Assembly (NCBI RefSeq): GCF_006345805.1
Contig: NW_021828740.1
Coordinates: forward strand, 1-7,772
Direction of reading: 5' to 3'
DNA length: 7,772 nucleotides
Source of the DNA: Octopus sinensis
Lineage: Eukaryota
Shown here: in pieces, positions 1 to 5,959 of the stretch
How positions within the stretch are numbered: position 1 is the first letter of the stretch
Layout of the letters: every line of letters starts with the position of its first letter
The notes under the pieces: generated by a model
What the model was told of the DNA's origin: nothing
Databases searched by the model: none
Seen by the model: only the letters and a program-made list of their open reading frames with translations
Program-made: the position numbers and the translations under genes

Positions 1-22
1 CGTTTCTGGCAGCTCGCCGCCC
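1..22 (-). mobile_element. 5' head of tRNA-derived SINE family A, cut by the window edge
   Basis: The reverse complement GGGCGGCGAGCTGGCAGAAACG matches the start of the family A copy at 1117 (GGCGGCGAGCTGGCAGAAACG). Confidence 0.85.
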
Positions 23-178
23 TATATATGTATATATGTACACACACATATACATAAGTATACACAGGCACACACACATATATATATATGCATATACATT
101 CATATATGTGTTTGTGTGTGTATATATATCTATATATATGTATATATGTGTGTGTGTGTGTGTGCGTATATACACACA
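23..178. repeat. Compound TA/CA/TG microsatellite
   Basis: Alternating TATA, CACA and TGTG tracts are directly visible. Confidence 0.9.
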
Positions 179-311
179 TGCTTGCAGACTTACTACCTGT
201 ATTATCACATAGACACCTGTGTACACAGCTGTTGTACTCTTAATGTAACGCTAACCCTGAAGAACAGAGGAAAATGGTTGCACCATCAAAGTGCAGACGC
301 TGTCTCACAAC

Positions 312-382
312 TACACGCACGCATACATACAAATACATGCATACATACATTCACACACATACATGTACACATCCAGACATAT
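312..382. repeat. Degenerate (CATA)n/(CA)n tract
   Basis: gcatacatacaaatacatgcatacatacattcacacacatacatgtacac. Confidence 0.75.
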
Positions 383-491
383 AAGGTATTCGGTTGAGTT
401 CTCCACAGACAGGCAAAACGTGCACAAAGCTCGTTGTCAAGCTGGTCTGTTTGAATTACAATTTATCTATCTCTCCCTCCCCCAACCCGAC

Positions 492-538
492 CTCCCTCTC
501 TCTACACGCGCACACACACACACACACACACCACCCAC
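492..538. repeat. (CT)n-(CA)n microsatellite, probably the internal microsatellite of the adjacent family B fragment
   Basis: The repeat is directly visible and abuts the B segment at 541, as in the copy at 1820-1876. Confidence 0.8.
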
Positions 539-540
539 AG

Positions 541-616
541 AGCTTCTTTCAGTTTCCGTCTGTCAAATCCACTCACAAGGCTTTGGTTGGCCTGAGGCTA
601 AAATAGATGGCACTTG
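541..616 (-). mobile_element. Fragment of SINE family B (central part, head missing)
   Basis: gcttctttcagtttccgtctgtcaaatccactcacaaggctttggttggcctgaggcta...cacttg aligns with 1878-1952 and 3678-3752. Confidence 0.85.
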
Positions 617-784
617 GGCCGAAGGTCCAACCTTCCGAGTTCTTCTACAGGGCTTAGAAAAACTGAAGGACCACTGCAATGAATGTGTGAATCTGAGAGG
701 GAAACATGTTGAATAAAATCATAATTAACCGACCCTCCTGTGTTTCCTTTTACCTAAAACCAGGAATTTTTCAGCACCCCCTCT
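616..784 (+). mobile_element. 3' remnant of a mariner (Tc1/mariner) DNA transposon: transposase C-terminus plus right TIR
   Basis: With two small frame corrections the region reads W-A-E-V-Q-P-S-E-F-F-LQGLEKLKDHCNECVNLRGKHVE*, stop at 714-716. This fits the mariner C-terminal pattern FF..G(I/L).KL..R(W/C).KC....G.YVE*. Bases 753-784 reverse-complement to AGAGGGGGTGCTGAAAAATTCCTGGTTTTAGG, a mariner-like TIR as recalled; the terminal TA is degraded. Confidence 0.75.
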
Positions 785-861
785 TTCATATATAAGGGCA
801 GCTCATAGGTGAGGTAACGGATGATGATAAAAGAATTTTGACAAACGACTGATCGATTTGT

Positions 862-1092
862 TTAACCCTTTAGCATTTAAACCGGCCATATCCGGCCAAA
901 AAGTATTCTGCTTGTTTTATGTTCAAACTGGCCAGATCTGGTCTCTCACACCAGCCCTACAATATCATCTTAAAAATTAACAGCTACCTCATCAAAATCT
1001 CATAGCTCCAAGATAAATGCCTGATTAGTTCAAGGCAATGTGGATAAAAAAGGATTAATTTTGGCAGAATAATGCAAACACTAAAGGGTTAA
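862..1092. mobile_element. Non-autonomous piggyBac-like MITE (866-1088, about 223 bp) with TTAA target-site duplication
   Basis: TTAA (862-865) followed by CCCTTTAGCATTT, and AAACACTAAAGGG (1076-1088) followed by TTAA (1089-1092). The TIRs match 11/13 and the first 8 nt are perfect. A TTAA TSD with CCC termini is the piggyBac signature. There is no ORF. Confidence 0.8.
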
Positions 1093-1113
1093 CCTACAGA
1101 TTACACAAACAAT

Positions 1114-1344
1114 CAAGGCGGCGAGCTGGCAGAAACGTTAGCACACCGGGCGAAATGCTTAGCGGTATTGAGTCTGTCGTTGCGTTCTGAGTTCAAATTC
1201 CGCCGAGGTCGACTTTGCCTTTCATCCTTTCGGGGTCGATAAATTAAGTACCAGTTACGCACTGGGGTCGATGAAATCGACTTAATCCGTTTGTCTGTCC
1301 TTGTTTGTCCCCTCTATGTTTAGCCCCTTGTGGGCAGTAAAGAA
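1114..1344 (+). mobile_element. Full-length tRNA-derived SINE family A with an 18-bp TSD
   Basis: A-box-like TGGCAGAAACG (1127-1137) and B-box-like GAGTTCAAATTCC (1189-1201). About 90% identical, without indels, to 6242-6470 (about 23 differences by manual count). Perfect direct repeat ACAGATTACACAAACAAT at 1096-1113 and 1345-1362. The central GTCGACTTTGCCTTTCATCCTTTCGGGGTCGATAAATTAAGTACCAG resembles a conserved SINE central domain (MetaSINE-like, from memory, unverified). Confidence 0.93.
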
Positions 1345-1504
1345 ACAGATTACACAAACAATTGATTAAACTATAAAGAGGTGAGATTGAACCAGTGATG
1401 TGTTATTTATTATTATTGGCGTAATGACCAATTCAGGATACTATATATTCTATGCACGTATGATGCTATAAATCATTTTAAAGTTTACTTTACCGTGCTC
1501 ACAT

Positions 1505-1624
1505 GACCAGGCATGTTTTCCACTGAACACTCAAAATGAACGACACCACTTGTAGGACAATGATGCTTGTTTACAACCCCCATATTGATGTCAAGAGAAG
1601 AGGACATGCACACATACATATATA
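1505..1624 (-). mobile_element. Partial 'module D' (3' module of a family-B-related SINE) plus CA/TA tract
   Basis: gaccaggcatgtttt...aacgacac...cttgtttacaac...atgtcaa...gaca aligns with 3217-3330. Confidence 0.75.
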
Positions 1625-2034
1625 TTTACTCATTTACTTGTTTCAGTCATTTGACAGTGGCCATGCTGGAGCACTGCCTTTAGTCGAGCAAATCGACCCC
1701 GGGACTTATTCTTTGTAAGCCCAGTACTTATTCTATCGGTCTTTTTTTTTTTGCCGAACCGCTAAGTAACGGGGACGTAAACACACCAGCATCGGTTGTC
1801 AAGCAATGCTAGGGGGACAAACACAGACACACAAACATATACATACACATACATATATATATACATATATACGACAGGCTTCTTTCAGTTTCTGTCTACC
1901 AAATCCACTCACAAGGCATTGGTTGGCCCGAGGCTATAGCAGAAGACACTTGCCCAAGATGCCACACAGTGGGACTGAACCTGGAACCATGTGGTTGGTA
2001 AGCAAGCTACTTACCACACAGCCACTCCTGCGCC
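1625..2034 (-). mobile_element. Full-length SINE family B (about 410 bp): tRNA-like head, CORE-like segment, internal microsatellite, 3' tail type 1
   Basis: The minus strand begins GGCGCAGGAGTGGCTGTGTGGTAAG...GGTTCAGTCCCACTG, with an A-box-like TGGCTGTGTGG and a B-box-like GGTTCAGTCCC. It continues with CTTGGGCAAGTGTCTT (CORE-like) and a TA/TG tract (1820-1871). The tail (1631-1739) recurs at 6907-7013. It may correspond to an octopus OR-type CORE-SINE (recalled, unverified). Confidence 0.88.
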
Positions 2035-2058
2035 TATATATATGTATATATATATGTG

Positions 2059-2284
2059 AAGGCACATGGCTCAGTGGTTAGAGCATCGAGCTTAGAATCA
2101 TGAGGTTGTGAGTTCGATTCCCGGACCAGGCTGCGTGTTGTGTTCTTGAACAAGACGCTTTATTTCACGTTGCTCCATTTCATTCAACTGTAGAAATGAG
2201 TTGTGATGTCACTGGTGCTAAGCTGTATCGGCCCCTTTGCCTTTCCCTTGGATAACATCAGTGGTATGGTGAGGGTAAGCCAGT
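2059..2284 (+). mobile_element. tRNA-derived CORE-like SINE family F (3' end uncertain)
   Basis: A box TGGCTCAGTGG (2067-2077) and B box GAGTTCGATTCCC (2110-2122). The following GTGTTCTTGAACAAGACGCTT...CTGTAGAAATGAG resembles the CORE consensus (TTGGGCAAG.CACTT...CTGTAAAATG). Confidence 0.8.
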
Positions 2285-2289
2285 AAAAA

Positions 2290-2397
2290 CCCAAGGCTGT
2301 TGTAGAAAAAAATAAAGACACTTGCCCAAGATGTCACACGAATAGATTGATCTCAAAACCCCAAGATTAGGAAGCAGAAAAAGTTCTTATCCATTCA
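2290..2397 (-). mobile_element. Highly degenerate family B head
   Basis: ccaaggctgttgtagaa...aagacacttgcccaagatgtcacacg...ggaagca...ttcttatcca aligns with 1928-2020. Confidence 0.65.
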
Positions 2398-2444
2398 AAC
2401 TATATTTGTTCCTTACATCACGTGCCGCAACGCACACACAGGGC

Positions 2445-2540
2445 TACATGTACCATCACCCCGGCACACACCACACACACACCACTACATACGCTATAAC
2501 CCTCACACACACACACACACATACACACACACAAACATGC
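2445..2540. repeat. CA-rich simple repeat region
   Basis: Multiple (CA)n runs are directly visible. Confidence 0.75.
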
Positions 2541-2610
2541 ACAGTTTTCAGTGTGATGTGTTTGTGGTATGTCAGCTGTGATAGGCTGTTGACAGGTGTT
2601 TGTCATGTGT

Positions 2611-2712
2611 GGGTGGGATGGGGTATCGGGGTATGGGTGGGGTATGGGTGCGTAAGGACGGGGGAGTGGGGATGTTGTCCATCACTCCTCACCACCCCAC
2701 CCCTCCCTGTCC
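2611..2712 (+). other. G-run cluster (potential G-quadruplex) followed by a C-run cluster
   Basis: Nine G3-G5 runs between 2611 and 2671 (GGGTGGGATGGGGTATCGGGGTATGGGTGGGGTATGGG...GGGGGAGTGGGG), then a C-rich tract at 2679-2712. Confidence 0.6.
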
Positions 2713-2739
2713 TGCATCTCCTGGTAAAACTAGAAATTT

Positions 2740-2740
<1 letters not shown>

Positions 2741-2776
<36 letters not shown>

Positions 2777-3056
2777 ATGTGTTTGAGTGTGTACGTATAC
2801 GTATGTATATATGTGTGTGTGTGTGTATGTGTTTGAGTGTGTACGTATACGTATGTATATATATGTGTGTGTGTGTGTATGTGTTTGAGTGTGTACGTAT
2901 ATGTATGTATATATGTGTGTGTGTGTGTTTGAGTGTGTACGTATATGTATGTATTTATGTGTGTGTCTGTTTGAGTGTGTACGTATACGTATGTATTTAT
3001 GTGTGTGTGTGTGTGTGTGTATGTACGTATGTATGTATTTATGTCTGTGTGTGTGA
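2741..3056. repeat. Higher-order minisatellite built from TG/TA microsatellite (42-52 bp units)
   Basis: The anchor GTTTGAGTGTGTACGTATA starts at 2781, 2831, 2883, 2927 and 2969 (spacings 50, 52, 44, 42), with a degenerate sixth unit. Confidence 0.9.
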
Positions 3057-3070
3057 AGGTTATCTTGTAT

Positions 3071-3332
3071 GTCATCATCATCATTGTTCTTTTGTCTGTG
3101 TTTCCATGCTTGCATGGATCAGGCAGATTTCATTATGGCAAATGTTCTCCTGGCGGATGCCCTTGCTGTCATCAACCCTCACTCGCTTTCAAGTAAAGTA
3201 ATAATTGTTTCTTGTTGACCAGACATGTTTTCATGGAAGATTGGTATCAAACGACACTGCCTGTATGACAGTGAATCTTGTTTACAACTATCACAAAATG
3301 TCAAAATAAGGAGACACTAACACACACACATA
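3071..3332 (-). mobile_element. 'Module D': SINE 3' module ending in an (ATG)n tail
   Basis: (CAT)n at 3072-3084 on the plus strand. It shares TCCATGC-NN-GCATGGA and GGATGCCCTT with element C (6197-6212, 6546-6555). The second half is homologous to 1505-1610. Confidence 0.75.
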
Positions 3333-3334
3333 CA

Positions 3335-3516
3335 TGGTGACTGCTCCATTTTCACAGAGCATCCTTGTTGTCAGTGACATATCTGACATTCCATCCATGA
3401 CCTCTCATGATTATTCAGTCCTGCTATAGATCTGCATGGTTTGCAGCATAATTGACAGGTGAAAGTCGTAACTTCCACAATCCCGTCACTTTGTGAGATG
3501 TGATTGCTGTCCACTA
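3335..3516 (-). mobile_element. 3' end of an RTE-type non-LTR retrotransposon: C-terminal zinc finger plus short 3' UTR
   Basis: The minus frame from 3520 to 3371 reads AIVDSNHISQSDGIVEVTTFTCQLCCKPCRSIAGLNNHERSWMECQICH*. It contains C-x2-C-x12-H-x3-W (TGG, one change from Cys), fitting the RTE C-terminal motif F.C..C.R.C.S..GL..H.R.(C/H). This frame is absent from the supplied ORF track. Confidence 0.62.
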
Positions 3517-3613
3517 TTGCTCAATAAACACACACAACGCCCGGTCTGGGAATCGAAACCGCGATCCTCCGACCGTGAGTCCACTGCCCTAACCACTGGG
3601 CCATTGCACCTCC
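3517..3613 (-). mobile_element. tRNA-like head of SINE family E, without the normal family E body
   Basis: Minus strand GGAGGTGCAATGGCCCAGTGGTTAGGGCAGTGGACTCACGGTCGGAGGATCGCGGTTTCGATTCCCAGACCGGGCG, with A box TGGCCCAGTGG and B box GGTTTCGATTCCC. Bases 3517-3560 match 5715-5758. Confidence 0.85.
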
Positions 3614-3670
3614 ACATATATATATACATACATATATACTACACACACATATATATATATATATATATAT
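3614..3670. repeat. TA/CA microsatellite (internal microsatellite of the family B element)
   Basis: Directly visible; abuts the B segment at 3671. Confidence 0.85.
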
Positions 3671-3833
3671 TCGATGGGCTTCTTTCAGTTTCTGTCTACC
3701 AAATCTACTCACAAAGCTATGGTCGGCTCCGAGGTTATAGTAGAACACACTTGCCTATGGTGCCACGCAGTGGGACTTAGCCCAAAACCACGTGGTTTGT
3801 AAGCAAGCTATTTACCATGCAGCCACTCCTGTG
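3671..3833 (-). mobile_element. Family B head and CORE-like segment
   Basis: Colinear with 1872-2033 along its whole length, from cgatgggcttctttcagttt to cagccactcctgtg. Confidence 0.88.
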
Positions 3834-3953
3834 TAACCTAATAAATTGAAATTGAAACGACACAAAACTAAATCTTTCAGAAAGTGGAACAACGAAAACT
3901 TTCAAATGTAAACAAAACATATTTTCAAATGAAATACATTCATGGACAAAAAC

Positions 3954-3998
3954 ATAATAATAATGATAATAATAACAATAATAATGATGGTGATGATG

Positions 3999-4029
<31 letters not shown>

Positions 4030-4045
4030 TGGTGTTGATGATAAT
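3954..4045. repeat. (AAT/GAT)n trinucleotide tract, probably the expanded 3' tail of the SINE at 4041-4261
   Basis: Directly visible and contiguous with the SINE 3' end on the minus strand. Confidence 0.85.
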
Positions 4046-4261
4046 CCTTTCTGCTGGAAGCAGCACAAGGCCTTAAATTTGGGGAAAGGGATTAAGTTGA
4101 TTACATCGACCCCAGTATATAACTGGTACTTATTTCATTGACTCTCAAAAGGACAAAAGGCAAAGTTGACCTCGGTGGAACTTGAACTCAGAACATAGCG
4201 ACAGACGAAATGCCGCTAAGCACTTTGCCAGGCGTGCTAATGATTCTGCCAGATGGCCACC
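4041..4261 (-). mobile_element. Older family A-related SINE (A') with an alternative 3' tail
   Basis: Minus strand GGTGGCCATCTGGCAGAATCATTAGCACGCC...TGAGTTCAAGTTCC...AGTACCAGTT...GGGGTCGATGTAATCAACTTAATCC is colinear with family A. It then continues CTTTCCCCAAATTTAAGGCCTTGTGC...AGAAAGGATTAT instead of the family A tail. Confidence 0.88.
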
Positions 4262-4265
4262 TTAT

Positions 4266-4270
4266 TAATA

Positions 4271-4305
<35 letters not shown>

Positions 4306-4337
4306 AACTGTTTCAAATTTGGGCACAGGGTTAGCAA
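4266..4337 (-). repeat. (AAT)n tract plus a probable remnant of another SINE 3' end
   Basis: (AAT)n at 4266-4307 is clear. The following tgtttcaaatttgggcacaggg loosely resembles the A'-type tail (cagcacaagg...aaatttgggg). The SINE origin is inferred. Confidence 0.5.
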
Positions 4338-4357
4338 TATTCTTTTTTTGTTTGTCA

Positions 4358-4560
4358 GGGGTCAATAGAATAGGTACTAGTCTTCCTTAGGTACTCAGTG
4401 GGTACTCAACTAATACTCATTTTATCAGGCAAATCCATCCACCAGCTATGCTCTCTCTCCTAAATGTTTATTATTTTCAACCTTTGTAGCCAATAAAGAA
4501 AGTATTATTATTATTATTATTAGTAATAGTATTATTATTATTATTATCATCACCACCATC
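4358..4560 (+). mobile_element. Degenerate 3' half of a family A-like SINE with an (ATT)n tail
   Basis: ggggtcaatagaataggtactag (4358-4380) resembles ggggtcgataaattaagtaccag. ctttgtagccaataaagaaa (4482-4501) resembles the family A terminus. (ATT/ATC)n follows at 4503-4560. Confidence 0.5.
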
Positions 4561-4752
4561 GTTTTCACTGTTATTGCCATCGTGGTGGCCTTCTTCGTTG
4601 TTTTTCTAGCAGAGGCTGTTGCTGCTTTTAGAATTTGCCTGACCCAGCTGTTTGTTGGTCTGTTTCTGCGTTCAGCGCTGCTTGTTGTGACATCTTGTGA
4701 CATCTTTAAAGTCTTCATTTCTGACAATTACATGATCAGTTAGATGGCAATC

Positions 4753-4850
4753 ATGATGACGATGATGATGATGATGGTACCGATGCCATGTCATGTGATG
4801 AAGGACACACACACACACACACCACACACACACACATCCATCCATCCATT
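4753..4850. repeat. (GAT)n, (CA)n and (CATC)n simple repeats
   Basis: Directly visible. Confidence 0.8.
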
Positions 4851-4883
4851 CAGGTGCAGTTTAGGTTCTTTGGTTGGTTGTAG

Positions 4884-4949
4884 TTTTTATTTTGCTTCTT
4901 TTTTTTTTCTTTTTACTTTTTGTTGTTTTTTTGTTTCTTTTTTTTTTTT
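4884..4949. repeat. T-rich low-complexity tract
   Basis: Directly visible poly-T with sparse interruptions. Confidence 0.8.
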
Positions 4950-5299
4950 GCTAAGAGAAACTATGGCCATAATGGAAAGAAAGGTCATTGAGAGCATGTG
5001 ATGTTGTGGTGTTCAGTCTGGCCCCTCACAGAAAATTCTCTTCTAAGACGGAACAAGACAGTTTTGGGGCTTTAATAAGAATCGTGTACAGCATGACTAT
5101 GGAAGTTTGAGGGAGTTATGATTAATTTCTGTGGTGTGTAGTTGGAGGAGTGTCGTGTAGGGGTACAGTGGGGGTGATCAAAGTTACTCCTGTCTGTGGA
5201 ATACTCGGCCACATATGCATTAATTTTAATGGGTTGGATCTTCAGCTGATTGAACAATTGGAAAATTCGAGTTTCTTTGTGGGAGTATTAACCTGAACA

Positions 5300-5760
5300 T
5301 TGTTGTTGTTGTTCTTCTTCTCCTTCTTCTTCCAATCAAGACTCACGCCATTAGCCACAAAGAATAATCTCTAATTCGAGCCTACTCTAACCTACTAAGA
5401 ATGCATGTGGCAACTTGAAGATCCACCCACTACACGCGATAGACTGGTGGTTGCTTGGGTGCGAAAGCTACGTTGTTATCCTCATTCCATAAACAGTGGC
5501 TTTTTTATGGGTGGAGAGCTGAACCATCCTGGGGTAATGAGGATTCACAATCTAGACTAGGGTCTGAAAGTTTTACCACAACCATAGTGGGTTACACCAT
5601 GGTTCCTCTGCTTTGTGGCAGAAGTAGGAAGAAAGAGTGAGAGGAAGTGGTGGTAAAAGAGTACGGCAGGGTTCAACCCCACCACCGCTGGAGCCTCGTG
5701 GAGCTTAGGTGTTTTTGCTCAATAAATACTCACAATGCCCGGTCTGGGAATCGAAACCAC
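5300..5760 (-). mobile_element. 5'-truncated SINE family E with a putative long body and (GAA/CAA)n tail
   Basis: Bases 5715-5758 match the E head at 3517-3560; the B box is retained and the A box is missing. On the minus strand the sequence runs on to ...GTCTTGATTGGAAGAAGAAGGAGAAGAAGAACAACAAC, a retroposon-like simple-repeat tail (5300-5332). That 5333-5700 belongs to the same element is inferred. Confidence 0.55.
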
Positions 5761-5909
5761 TACTCCCTGAGACTTCTTTCAGGGCCCCCCTTACCTGTGT
5801 ATATTACATCTTTGTAAATAGTAAGGGATTACACCAAACATTTACCGGTTTGCACTCAGATATTCAAAATAGGTTATTCAACAGTTAATATGCTACTATC
5901 CAATTATCC

Positions 5910-5946
5910 TTATTATTATTGTTGTTGTTGTTGTTGATGTATTATT
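5910..5946. repeat. (ATT)n-(GTT)n microsatellite
   Basis: Directly visible. Confidence 0.85.
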
Positions 5947-5959
5947 AAGTTAGCATGCA

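Noticed and set aside
217-228. 12-bp palindrome CTGTGTACACAG
   Set aside because: Short, made of TG/CA dinucleotides, and expected by chance in this composition.
1610-2057. TSD for the full-length family B copy
   Set aside because: Both flanks are TA-rich microsatellite, so a duplication cannot be distinguished from the background repeat.
2059-2130. tRNA-like sequences (also 3540-3613, 1960-2034 and the family A heads) as tRNA genes
   Set aside because: They have A/B boxes but no clean acceptor stem or cloverleaf, and they continue into SINE bodies that recur in the window.
2741-3056. Regularly spaced anchor repeats as a CRISPR-like array
   Set aside because: The spacers are TG/TA microsatellite rather than unique sequence, the context is eukaryotic, and there are no cas genes.
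116-3201. Long ORFs rich in H/T/Y/I or C/V/Y/M (116-397, 291-716, 1806-2081, 2406-2786, 2603-3115, 2689-3084, 2755-3201)
   Set aside because: They are translations of CA/TG/TA repeats and SINEs, which lack stops in some frames. Only the last ~25 codons of 291-716 carry signal (the mariner remnant).
4364-4427. Weak inverted repeat (atagaataggtactagt / actaatactcattttat)
   Set aside because: About 13/17 in AT-rich, SINE-derived sequence; not distinguishable from decayed SINE fragments.
4884-4960. T-rich tract followed by CTAAG as a possible splice acceptor
   Set aside because: No convincing downstream exon or donor site; T-tracts are common here. RNA-seq would be needed.
3884-5001. ORFs with poly-N, poly-I, poly-M or poly-F runs (3884-4141, 4446-4727, 4744-5001)
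   Set aside because: These arise from AAT, GAT and T-rich repeats and contain no recognisable domain.
5072-5257. 61-aa minus-strand ORF in non-repetitive sequence
   Set aside because: I recognise no motif and see no splice or codon evidence. BLASTX of 4950-5300 would be needed; it is left unexplained.
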